In this document: piece after piece, positions 1 to 62,270 of the stretch
Layout: every line of letters begins with the position of its first letter
Numbering within the stretch: position 1 is the stretch's first letter
NCBI RefSeq assembly: GCF_009914755.1
Contig: NC_060939.1
Strand: one strand, 5' to 3'
Source: the human T2T-CHM13v2.0 reference genome, Homo sapiens
DNA length: 64,000 nt
Made by a program: the position numbers and the translations under genes
Notes under the pieces: generated by a model
Databases searched by the model: none
What the model was told of the DNA's origin: nothing
What the model saw: only the letters and a program-made list of their open reading frames with translations

Positions 1-102
1 TTGTTGAACTAATAGCTGCCCTTATGTCTGAATCAGAGAAGCCAACTATTAGAGCTCCTAATAGGAGCATCTGACAATCTTTATATTATCTAGGAAATAT
101 AT

Positions 103-408
103 AGTCATGTTTTGCTTAACAACAGGGATACATCCTGAGAAATGCATTGTTAGGCAATTTTTGTTGTACTAACATCAGAGTGTGCCTACCAAAACCTAGA
201 TAGTATATATTTTTTCATTTATGTATATTTTTTCATATGGAAAAGCTAATGTTCCAGCATTGTTACTGAATAGCAGTCATTTCCCCTACTTGATCTGTAA
301 TGCCAATATCAAGTGTCATTTATTAGGTTTCTATATAGGCTCCATTATAACCTATGGGACCATTGTCATATATGCAGTTCGTCATTGAAGGAAACATTGC
401 ATGACTGT
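103..408. mobile_element. Tigger3/Golem-type DNA transposon remnant
   Basis: AGTCATG...CATGACTG terminal inverted repeats; gggatacatcctgagaaatgc core shared with 28738-29023. Confidence 0.65.
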
Positions 409-723
409 ATAGTGTTTATTTCCTATTTCACAAAGTCTTCTTTACTGTCCACATGAGGTCTCCAGAAACTAGGTCTTCTATGAAATAAGCTTAGAGTTTC
501 AGCTTTTTAAATTTCCCTTGATGCTTTTCGTTGTTCATAACTGGTTGAATTTGTTACTTTTGAAAATTCTGGGGTGACTTGTTTTATTATAAACCCAGAA
601 CAACCTTAAGATAACTGGCTTTTATTTAAATCATATTTTATTTTACTTAGACTCCAGTTCCATTTGAATTTAACTATATATAACCTCTATCTAGTATGTA
701 TTAACTATTTCTATTTTTAAAAG

Positions 724-25019
<24,296 letters not shown>

Positions 25020-25927
25020 CCACAAACATTACTGAGCCCAAAAGATCAAGGAGTCAGCCAGGACCCTGTGGACATAAAGAAGTTGGATGCCTGGTCCCAA
25101 GCCTCTTTTGCCATGGTCAGTGTTCAGATTGCCATTAGAATGCCTTAGGGTTTTCTAATTCCCCTTATGGATCCAATCCATCTCCTGGCCCTGCCCCTTG
25201 TTGGGGAAGTTGCAGGAGGAGAGGTGGATGGCAATGTGATTGGTGCTATAACTCAGGCAGCCTGGGAGTCAGGAACCCAGACAAGGAATCCCATTCCAGC
25301 CTCACCCCAACCATGACCTTGGCAAGTCAGGGGGCCACTCTGCCTCATTTATGCAAATGGAGAAAGGCGCCCTCCCTGGGGTCCCTTGAGCTGCTGTAAG
25401 GCTGGGCTGCTGCGACACAGGCAGCGCTTTGTAAACTGTGAAGCCATATACGTGAAACTGAAGAGTGCATTGGGCAGTGGAAGCTATTTTTTGCCTTCCC
25501 TGTGTAACAGTAAAATCATCTCTAGTGACTGAGCACTCAGTACATTTTTGTTTAATGTTGGGCCTGAGGTTAACTGTGACCATGGTCCAGCTTGAGTGGC
25601 TTCTGGAGCAGCCACATTTTCAAGGACTGTCCAAGAGCCAGCCAGTTCAGGGCTCAGGCCTCACCCATTGCCCACTCCTGGGGAGACCATCACCTGGCTC
25701 ATCGTTTCCACCAAGAGTGCCCCACAGGAGTGCCCCACAGACCCGCTGGACCAGCCTGCTGCGGGTCCTGGCCAGGGGTCTGGCTAACGGTGAGGGCTGA
25801 CTCTGAACTGTCTCTCAGTCTCCAGAAAGTGTTCAAGCCTGTTGTGTTCCCAAATCTGATTCCTCCTATTGTCTTGTAAATCAAACTCTAAGTGAAAACT
25901 TCCCATTTGTCCCTTCAAAGATTTTTT

Positions 25928-25936
25928 TTTATTAAA
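25928..25936. terminator. Overlapping poly(A) signals: ATTAAA (+, TICRR, 25931-25936) and AATAAA (-, KIF7, 25928-25933)
   Basis: Sequence TTTATTAAA, ~0.9 kb after the TICRR stop and ~0.42 kb after the KIF7 stop. Confidence 0.8.
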
Positions 25937-26351
25937 TGGTTTTTTAAGATCCTAAAGTCTCCCAGTTTCCCCTATATACATAAGACCATTTAAACCACAA
26001 CCTGGTTACCACCGACCCTTTCGTGATGATTCTTGGCCAAACCCCTGAACTACAAGCACATCCATTTACGCCTGAAACCAGAATTGTCCTGAGATTCGAG
26101 CAAGACACAAGGCGGCAATTGGGTACCACAGCTTCATGGAAGTAAGTGGTGGGAATTTGCATATTATTTTGTTAAATGAGGGTCCAGTTCTTTTGGGCCA
26201 TGGCCCAAATTTGTTGATCCCAGTGAGGGTACAGATGAGGGCCTGGATTTAGGGTGTGCGGTAAGGACTGCCCTTCACAGAAGCAAAACAGGCAGCTGCC
26301 CCTTTCAGCAGGCTCGGAGTCTCCCTCCAAGGCAGGGTCTGCCCCGAGGGC

Positions 26352-51148
<24,797 letters not shown>

Positions 51149-51457
51149 TCAGCTGCACTCTTCCCTATGGCCCCTATGGCCCCATCTCCTAGAAGAACGC
51201 ACACACACAGCACCACACCACACCAGGGAACTCCTGTCCCTAACACCCACTGGGTTTACCACAGTCTTTGTGTCAAGTCACTCACATCCCCTGCCCCACC
51301 TTCTTCAAAAAAGTCAACAGATCCTTCAAGACCAAGCTCTCACCACCAAATCCTGCCAATTCCATCTCCTAAATATCTCTCAAGTTCACCTGCTGCTTCC
51401 CATTCTGTTGCTAAAGCCCTGGTCCTGGCCACTGACATCGTGCCAGGATGACTTTGA

Positions 51458-51709
<252 letters not shown>

Positions 51710-51747
51710 TAGAGACAGTCTGGCTATGTTGCCCAGGCTGGTCTTGA

Positions 51748-52132
<385 letters not shown>

Positions 52133-52779
52133 TAGCCAGGATGGTCTCGATCTCCTGACCTCGTGATCTGCCCGCCTCGGCCTCCCAAAGTGCTGGGATT
52201 CCAGGCGTGAGTCACCGTGCCCGGCCTGGGATTCAAAATATTAAGGGGAAAAAAAAAAAAAGACAAGCCTTAAATCAGGCCCTGCCTCCCTGGACTACTC
52301 ACTTCCCACACCCCAGGCCTTTCCTCGCCTCCTCTCTCTGCCTGCAACGGCTAGGTGTTACCCAAGCCTCCTCATCCCTCCCGGCTGAGGCTGCAGCCAC
52401 CTTCTAATTCAGGGAGCCACGGAAGCTCCCCTCCTCTGTAACCCCACCACGACACGCACACAACCCCCAGTGCTGTTCCACCCGCCCGTGACCACTCCAA
52501 CTGCAGGTTACTACCCGCTTCTCTCCCCGACCTCCCAGACCAGGAGCTGGAAGGCAGGGACCCTCTGGGTCCACTTTGCACTTTATCACCAGCGCCCAAC
52601 ACAAGGTCCCACGCTGCCCAACAGATAGTGATGGATAATCTTCATCCAGGGAACTTTCCCTGCCCTCCCTCCTCCTACCGCGTTCCTCACCCCCACCGCC
52701 AGCCCGGCACTTCATTCTTTACCCTTTAACCTCTCTCTCAGCACAGTAACCTTTCGTTAATTCAATCACCCAGCCCCTA

Positions 52780-53530
52780 TTGGGCTCCCGACCCTGGGCA
52801 CACAGCGGTAAACTCTGCCTCGCAATACCGTGTGGGCCTTCGCGCACCCCTCCGCGTGAGCGTTCCGAGCCCGGTGCAGTCCCGGCTTCCGCGCGCCCCT
52901 GCTCTCCGCACAGCGCTCCCGCTCCGAAGGTGCTCTGACAACCCCGCAGGCGCTATTCGGAGCCGGGGCAGGGCAGCTGGGGCTGGAGGCGGCGGGCGCG
53001 GGACGGAGCTCCATGAAAGTTGGAAGAAGTGATTACAAATCGGGACCCGACTCTCGCAGCCTTGGCGCTCGCCCCTCCACGCAGGCCCGGGATGCCGGCC
53101 TCAGCCCCCAGATGTCGGGAAGACGGCGCCGGCCAGTCCAAGGAAGAGCTTCCAGGAGGCTGGGGAGCAAGGGTGCCGGGCTCCTCATGCCGGGTCAGGT
53201 CTCCCAGGAGTGCCGGCTCCCAGGGCCACTAGGCCCAGGCCTGCGCGAGGAGGGAGCGCGCGCCTCCCTCCACCCACCCGGTCCTCGCCCCTAACCCGCT
53301 CTCCGGCCCACACTCACCTGCCTGGCTGCAAGCGCCGTCCCGGGCCAGGCAGTCAGGTTTCCATCCCCAGTGCGGCGCGCTCCGATGCCGTCATCGGGAC
53401 CCCCGCCCCCCAAACCAGCCCCCCCCTCACCCGCAACTCCGCCCGCCGGGGCGCTCGGGGGCGGAGGCGCGAGCCGGTCGGCGTCGCGGAGTCGGCCCGC
53501 AGACAGGGCGGGCGGGGCCCGTGCTCAAGG
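52780..53530. promoter_or_regulatory. KIF7 promoter CpG island with GC boxes
   Basis: Dense CpG/GC; several GGGCGG/CCGCCC boxes at 53400-53520 just upstream of exon 1. Confidence 0.85.
53318..53390 (-). other. KIF7: KIF7 non-coding exon 1 (5' end approximate)
   Basis: Strong donor CAG|GTGAGT at 53318/53317 inside the CpG island; exon 2 has only 24 nt of UTR after an acceptor, so an upstream exon is required. Confidence 0.75.
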
Positions 53531-56090
53531 GCTGGGCCTGGAGAGTGTGCAGCATCCTCATGATGGCATCGCCTTATTTTCTAGAATTTGTCTCCAAACT
53601 GGACTCCAGACCATCCTGTCCTCAGCCCCGAGTCACCTTCATCCCCGGTCTCTGTTTTCCACTCCCAGTCCCAAACCACGCCTCCTGCACGCCACTCACA
53701 CAGCCGGCAGAAACTTTAATCTCCCCACGTTTAAAAAAGTTTTCTCAGTTATAAGACTCTCTTTTTCTCACATTTTAGCATTCCTAAAATTGAGTTCCAT
53801 CTTACACTCATTGTCAAGGGAAACTTGGCACCAGGAGGGGCAGGAGAGGTGATCTGGGGGTGTCCACGGCAGCCTCAAAGAGATGGTTGGTGTCTTCACC
53901 TCTGAGACCTCTGATCCATTGTTTGCACTGGAAGCACCATGAATGGGTGAATTTTAAAATCTGAAAACATATTTGTCACTTAAAACGCCATTAGAAAAAG
54001 TAAACTCCAGTGTAGTTTCTAGTGAAATTTTATTATGTATATAGAAGATTACCTGTCATAGACAGGCAACATAATTAAAGGCCATAGAAATTGCCAGGCT
54101 CGTCAGATAGATCTATATTAGGAAACCCTCAGCCTCCAGTAACAGAAACCACAATTTGAAGTGGCTTGAACCATAAGGTCATGTGTTATCTCGGGGAACA
54201 GTGAAACCCAGAGGGATGAGGGCTCCTGGGCAGGTTGAGTCAGTGGCAACATTACCAAGGAGGTGGCCTTTTTAACTCTTTTTTTTTTTTTGCCATCAAC
54301 TTCAGACACAAAACGTCCAGAGGAAGAAGACAGCAGTGTGTGGTGAAGCATGCCCTTTGGATCAAGAGCACTCCAAGCTGATTTCCTTCCCATTCCATGT
54401 ACCACACAGCTTAGGCCTGTCCACCCCCAAACTAATCACTGTCAAGGGGATGGAACTACCATGATTGGCTTGCAATACCAGTGTGAGACAGCGTGGATAT
54501 AGGAAAGTCATCCACAATCTCCACAACCACATCCTCGAAGCTTCATAGAGGAGAGGCTGGCCAACTGATTCGTGTATCACAAAGGACCATGATTCAGGTA
54601 CCAAGCATCTATCTGTCAGATGCCAGGAGCTGTGCCATTTCCTCCAATAGACAATTCAATTAAGGAGAAACTAAAACCTCGAGCAATTGGAAAGAGCACA
54701 TGAAACCCCAGTGTTCTTTGACATGCTGTAGAATGACACTGTTGTTCCCAAATATTCTAAATCAATTGGGGTCCTGAACAAGAACAACACAGAGCAGCCT
54801 GCCGCCGTGATGCCCAAAGAGAATCATTTTAGACCCTGAAAATGTGAAGAAGCTGAAAACTGAACTTGGATTTTCATATGTGTAAAATGTAATAAAAGGT
54901 GATGATGATTAATGAAACATCATGCTTTAAGAGGTACAATTCTGGGCCAGCCAAGGTGGCTCATGCCTGTAAACCCATCACTCTAGGAGGCTGAGGCAGG
55001 CAGATCCCTTCAGCCCAGGAGTTTGAGACCAACCTGGGCAATAGGGCAAAGCTGTTTCCACAAAAAATGCAAAACATAGGCAGGCGTAGTGGCATGGGCC
55101 TATAGTCCCAGCTACTTGGGAGGTTGAAGTAGGAAGATACACTGGCTTGAGCCTGGGAGGTGGAGGTTGCAGTGAGCCGAGATGGTGCCACTGCACTCCA
55201 ACCTGTGTGAGAGAGTGAGACCCTGTCTCAAAAAAAAAAAAAAAAAAAAAGAGAGAGAGAGACAGAGGTACAATTCTAATTACAATTATAGTAATTAAAT
55301 TGTAGAGAAAATAAAAACTTTCATGTTACAATAAATTTTTAAAGAATTTCATGATGGTGGAACTATCAATGTTCATGATTTTAGAAAGATTTATCTTTTT
55401 TCTTGCTCTTTCTGGTGGATGTGCAGTGTTTTTCTGTGTATCAGTAGCACTCATATGCAACAATCTGGTGTGTACCCGAGTGTCCAAATTGTGGCCTTTA
55501 TCACTATTTTCCATTAAAAGTAGCTGATTCCATGTATTAGGGTAAGAACTGGAATAATTATTTTGTGGTCAAAAAATTCAGATGCTTTTAAAATGTATAC
55601 TGTAGGCCTGAAATGACAAAAGCCCCAACTTAAAGGGGTTCTTACCAGCCAACTTGTGACATCATGAGCTTCAGAAGAGCAAAGAATAATTATAGTTACT
55701 TGAAACAAATTGAGTCGGTAAAAATTCCTTCTGTGGAATTTGACAAGCTGATTTTACTACTTACATGGAAAAGCAAAGTGCCGGAAGTTGCAAAAGACAC
55801 TTGCAGAAGGGCAGTATGGGTGGACTTGCCCAAGAAGATGTGAAAACATATTTGAAACTATTGTAATTCAGACAATGTGCTAATGCTACAGGCATAACAA
55901 ATAGAACAAATCTGGAAACCAGATCTATGACAGAGTAGAGAGTGCAGATCAGTAGGGGAAAGCTATTCAATCCATCAGGCCGAACCTGGTCCATTGTTCA
56001 TCAGATATCAGTAAATGAGAAGTTTCCAGCTGACATTCGAGAGAACTCTTAAGCTTCCTGCAGTATACAGTTTATTTCGAGAGAAACTCA

Positions 56091-56398
<308 letters not shown>

Positions 56399-57324
56399 CT
56401 AAAAATTCAGTTAGGAAATGTATAAGACAGTTATCCACGTGGAAGAAAAAAATTGGATTCCTACTTAAACCATACTTATAAAAATTAATTAAATGTAGGG
56501 CTGGGCCAGGCGCAGTGGCACATGCCTATAATCCCAGCACTTTGGGAGGCTGAGGCAGGCAGATAACTTGAGCTGAAGGGTTGGAGACCAGCCTGGGCAA
56601 CACAGCGAAACCCCATCTCTACAAAAAAATGCAAAAATCAGGTGGGCATGGTGGTGTGCACCTGTAGTCCCAGCTACCCTGGAGGCTGAGGTGATAGGAT
56701 AGCTCGAGCCCGAGAGGTCAAGGATGCAGTGAGCTGTGATGGCGCCACTGCACTCCAGCCTGGGTGACAGAGTGAGACCCTGTCTCAAAAATAATAATAA
56801 TAATAATAATTAATGAAATGTAAAATGGATAAAGCGTTAGAGGAAAATCATCATGGCAAATATTATTAGGGGAGCATCATCATACCTTCATGGTAGGGGA
56901 GAGCTTTTAAAACATAACTTTCAGCACCACAGGAAAGGTTAAAAACAAACAAAAATCATAACTCAAAACTGCAAACCACGAAGGGAAAGAGTGGTAATTG
57001 GGACTAAATCAAAATTAAGAACTTTTGTTCATTGAAAGGATGAACAAAGAAACCAGAAAGAGAATGAAAACAAAAGCAACAAGCTGGAAGAAGATATTTG
57101 TGATATTTATCCTTGATAAAGAGTTAGTATTCAGGAAATATAAAGAAGTTCTAAAAATCACTGAGAAAAACTAGGCCTGGCATGATGACTCACACCTGTA
57201 ATACCAGTACTTTTGGAGGCTGAGGCAGGAGGATCGCTTGAGCCCAAGAGTTCAAGGCTGCAGTGAGCTATGATTGATTAAACCATTCATTCTAGCATGG
57301 GTGACAGAGCAAGACCCTGTCTCA

Positions 57325-57490
57325 AAAAGAAGAAGGAAAGAAAGAAAGAAGGAAGGAAGGGGAAAGAAAGAGAGAGAGAAAGAAAGAAAAAAGAAAGAAA
57401 GAAAGAGAAAGAAAGGAAGGAAAGAAGGAAGGAAGGAGGGAGGCAGGGAGGGAGGAAGGGAGGGAAGAAAGAAAAGAGAAGAGAAAGGGC
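57325..57490 (+). repeat. Polypurine (GAAA/GGAA/GGGA)n low-complexity tract from an Alu-monomer tail
   Basis: Direct reading; almost purely A/G. Confidence 0.9.
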
Positions 57491-57955
57491 AAATACTTCA
57501 CAAAAGAGGAAATGCAAATATTAAATAAACAATGTTCAATATCATTGCTAATCAGGGAATTAAGTCCATGACAAGATTCCGTTTTACTCTCCTCAGATTT
57601 ATGAAGTGATTAAATTAGACAATATCAAGTGCTGATGAGGATGCTGGTAAGAGGACTCATATACTTCTGGTGAGAATGTCAATCAGAGCAACCACTTTGA
57701 ATGGCAATTTGTCAATATCTAGTTAATGATACACACACTTTATCATTTAGGAATCCCACTCTTAGTCATATTCCCTGAGAAACTCTTATAAGAATGTTCA
57801 TTATCACAAAGTATGTAACAGTAAAAATACGGAAACAGGCCGGGCATGGTAGCTCATGCCTGTAATCCCAGCTGTTCGGGGGACCGAGGTGGGTGGATCA
57901 CTTGAGGTCAGGAGTTGGAGACCAGCCTGGCCAACATGCTGAAACCCCATCTCTA

Positions 57956-58153
<198 letters not shown>

Positions 58154-58171
58154 CTATTGACAGGAGAGTGA

Positions 58172-59053
58172 TGTGGCAGAGATTACAAGTTACCCCCATC
58201 CCTGGGATCTACTTCCCCTCCATTTAGGACTTCTGATTTTTAATTAGGTGCATAGCCACTCCAGATGAAAACTATATTTCCCATCCCCCTTTTAAACCAG
58301 GAGTGGTCATGTGACTAAGTTCTGTCCAGTGGGTTATAAGCAGAAGTAGTTGTAATTTCTGGTGTGGAGGCATGCCATTCTCCTTTCTCCTTGTTCTTTT
58401 CTGTGGCTAGAATATGGAGTTGATCGCTGGAGCTGGAGCAGCTATCTTGGCTCATGAGGTGAGTTTAGGAAAAGAAATCATTCACGACAGAACAGTAAGA
58501 TAGAAGGAACCTCAACCCCTGGCACTGCTGAGTGTCATCCCAGTCTGGACTACTCATCTCTGGGCTTTTACAGGAGACAGAAATAAACTCCTATCACTGT
58601 GTGCTAGACTGTACTATCGTTCAGCAAAGAGTTGCTCCCTTTCCCCTTCCACTAGGGGAGAAGTCTACTTCCCTGTCCCATTGATGTGGACTTGGCTGTA
58701 TGACTTGCTTTGGCCAATGGAATGTAAGTACATATGATACAAGGAGAGGACTTGTGGTGAGACTTGGTTCTGTGCTCCAGTGATCTGTTGTGAGAAGAGT
58801 ATGCCCCATATAGCCACTGAGCCCTTATCCTGCAGCCCTGAAATAGCACCCCTGGTGCAGAACTGAACCCATGCACAGCCTGGAGCCAAGTTCAGCTGAT
58901 CTGCAGGCTGAAGCAGAGCCATTGGGAGTACCACAGTGATGAGCTAAACCATAGTTGACCTATGAACATAAAAATAAATGCATGTTGTTGTAAGCCACAG
59001 TCTTAGGATAGTTTGTTATGCAACAGTATCATGGCAAAAGCTGACTAGTATAC
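58172..59053. mobile_element. Old MaLR (MLT1-type) LTR fragments
   Basis: tggtcatgtgactaagttctgtccag and gacttgctttggccaatggaatgt MLT1 signatures; ends gtttgttatgcaaca...gctgactagtataca. Confidence 0.55.
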
Positions 59054-59635
59054 ATTGTTATTGGGAGCCTTCTGTCTTTTAAAACTGAATCCATTCTAAT
59101 GCAAATGACTGAATAAATTATGGCATATTTATATATACTCATTAAATATAGAGTTTTAGAATAAAAATCTCTAGTGAAAACAAATGAAGCTCAGAAACAT
59201 AATTTTGAGTGAAAAGAAGCAAATCTCAAGAATACATATAATCACACTTAAATAAAGCTCAAGGCATGCAAAACTCAATCATATTGTATTGGGGTGTATA
59301 TATAGGAAGTAAATCTATAAAGAAAAGCAAGGGAATGAGAAACAACAAAATTCAGGACTGTGGTTTTGGCAGGTTGGGGCTGGGGATGGGGAGGGATTGT
59401 GGATGTCATGCAGGATGTTTTAAAGGTACTGCTTGTGTTCTGGATGTAGAGCAGTGAATAGAAGGGTCCAATAGTATATCCTAGATGGGGAGCTGACCAC
59501 ACAGTCTTGGTCCCCTCTCTGCGCACAGAGGAACCTCTAGATGACCGCACTAGCTCTAATGACATACTAACAAGGTATGCAGAAGTTTCCATTGACCCAG
59601 TTTACAGAAAAGCTTAGAAGAATTTGACTTTTTAG

Positions 59636-59836
<201 letters not shown>

Positions 59837-61452
59837 TAATAGAGATGGGGTTTCACCATGTTGGCCAGGCTGATCTTGAACTCCTGACCTCGTGATCCGC
59901 CAGCCTTGGCCTCCCAAAGTGCTGGGAATTACAGGTGTGAGCCACCTAATCAACATTTAAATATTTAAAATAATTTGATGTATGCATTTTATAAATTTTG
60001 ATTAAGTGTGAAGTATTAAATGGTTAGGAAAGTTATGCTTAAGACAATGAGCACTGAAGCACAAGTCATAGTGGTATCTCTCTCTCCATGCCCGGAAGTC
60101 CCTTGGATATTAAGATCCTAGATAATTATGGGAGGAAGGCCAGGCATGGTGGTTCACACCTGTAATCCCAGCACTTTGGGAGGACAAGGTGGGCAGATCA
60201 CTTGAAGTCAGGAGTTCGAGACCAGCCTGGACAACATGGTGAAACCCCGTCTCTACTAAAAATGTGAGAATTAGCTGGGCATGGTGGCGCACACCTGTAA
60301 TCTCAGCTATTCAGGAGGCTGAGGCAAGACAATCGCTTAAGCCTGGGGGCATGGAGGTTGCAGTGAGCTGAGATCCTGCCACTGCACTCCAGCCTGGGTG
60401 ACAGAGTGATACGGTCTCAAAATAAAATTATGGGAGGGAAAAGGGGTAAATAATTGCCTGGATAAATGTATGTTATTGTCTGTAATTGTTTGCATCTCCA
60501 AAAGCTGTGGCTGAGTTAGAAGCGGGTTTTGTAAGCTAGGATGGAAGGCATTGGGTATTTCTCTGAAGGACCCTGGGCAACCCGATGTGAAGTGGAGGTC
60601 TTTGCTAGGTCCTGAGCTACACTGAAGATACTGAGTATGGGTGGACCTTGCCAAAGTGATGCCCCGCAGAACAGAGGAAAGTCCCCCATTGAGCCTAGAG
60701 CCAAGGAAGCAAATGTCTGCCATTTAGAGGAGCTACTTTGCCCTTGTTACTGGCCAAGATGTGTTCAAAATACTGAGAAGCAGGTTTAGTGTACCTTGCT
60801 GCCTAATCAAGAGGTTTCTAAGAGCAAAAAGAAACTTATAACTTACACTGTTTGCTTCCTGGGCTGTCCTATTCCATATGCGGCCTCCAGCACCCGTGCT
60901 CAGGCCCAGGGCTGGGTGAAGGAACTGGGCCTGACCAGCAGGCATGTTGGCGGCCACAGCCCTCAGGCGGCTGAGGAGGCAGCTTTCCTGCCTTCCGGAG
61001 TATAGCCTAGCAGGAGGAGCCGCAGGACCGGGGAGGAGTAAAGAGCTAGGAATGTGGTTTCCGGAGCACCAGGAAGAAAGCTGCATGGGTGGGTGAGGCC
61101 CAGGACAGGCAGGCGTTTCTTTCTGCACATCTAGGCCTGAGGTCATTTCTCCAGCATCTGTCCATGGGAGCTCTGCCAAGGCTGTGCTGGGCTCTGTCTG
61201 CTCAGCCCTGTTCTATCAGCTTCTAAGAACCCCTCTTGCCAACTTCACCCCCCATCTTCCCTCCCCACCCCCCAGGGAACTGCTGGGTGTAGTTTATATC
61301 GTGCAAGTGGGGTGGTCAGGGTCCATGGCTGGTTCAGGGGCCTGGCCACGTCTTTATGTGTATATCTACCAGCTTCTCTCCTGTCACCATTCTTGGCATC
61401 CTCAGACTCCAAAACCACAGATAAAGGCCCATGACTCATTACACCAAAGATC

Positions 61453-61900
61453 TGCCAGGGCCACAGAGTCAGTGCCAGGGCCACAGAGTCAGTGCCAGGG
61501 CCACAGAGTCAGTGCCAGGGCCACAGAGTCAGCTCCAGGGCCACAGAGTCAGCGCCAGGGCCACAGAGTCAGCTCCAGGGCCACAGAGTCAGCGCCAGGG
61601 CCACAGAGTCAGCGCCAGGGCCACAGAGTCAGCGCCAGGGCCACAGAGTCAGTTCCAGGGCCACAGAGTCAGCGCCAGGGCCACAGAGTCAGTTCCAGGG
61701 CCACAGAGTCAGCGCCAGGGCCACAGAGTCAGTTCCAGGGCCACAGAGTCAGTGCCAGGGCCACAGAGTCAGTTCCAGGGCCACAGAGTCAGTGCCAGGG
61801 CCACAGAGTCAGTGCCAGGGCCACAGAGTCAGTGCCAGGGTCACAGAGTCAGTTCCAGGGCCACAGAGTCAGTTCCAGGGCCACAGAGTCAGTTTCAGGG
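61453..61900. repeat. 20-bp VNTR, ~22 copies, unit CCAGGGCCACAGAGTCAGNN
   Basis: 22 occurrences of (c/t)cacagagtc at exact 20-bp spacing. Confidence 0.97.
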
Positions 61901-62171
61901 AGCGGGGCTTCCAGGTGTGCAATAGAGTGGGAGCTAATAGAGTGGGTGCTTATGTGTCTGAGGGGGACCTGTGGAAGATGAGTATAAATATATGGATGTG
62001 TAAAAGGACTGACTGAAGACTCATAATTTTCTGTGCATATTTCTGAAGCTGCAGGTGAAAATAACTAGAAAAATAGGGTTTGGTTTGGCAGGCTACTTGG
62101 TATTATCTAGTAATGCTTAAAATGCACATATTCTTTCACCCAGTATGTCATGGTTACAAGTCATGCGTCTA

Positions 62172-62175
<4 letters not shown>

Positions 62176-62222
<47 letters not shown>
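62176..62222. repeat. (TA)n microsatellite, ~23 units
   Basis: Direct reading. Confidence 0.95.
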
Positions 62223-62228
<6 letters not shown>

Positions 62229-62264
62229 GCCACACATGTACACTAGACATTTTTGATAAGGACA

Positions 62265-62270
62265 TTTATT
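62265..62270 (-). terminator. Probable PLIN1 poly(A) signal AATAAA (3'UTR ~1.2 kb)
   Basis: TTTATT on +; on the - strand it is followed by a GT/TA-rich downstream region. Confidence 0.7.

Noticed and set aside
61453-61900. CRISPR-like appearance of regular repeats
   Set aside because: Units are head-to-tail with no unique spacers, there are no cas genes, and the DNA is human. It is a minisatellite.
61184-62016. Three long repetitive ORFs (PGPQSQCQGHRVSARATES...)
   Set aside because: They arise because the 20-bp VNTR has no stop codon on the + strand in any frame; there is no splice or promoter evidence for a gene.
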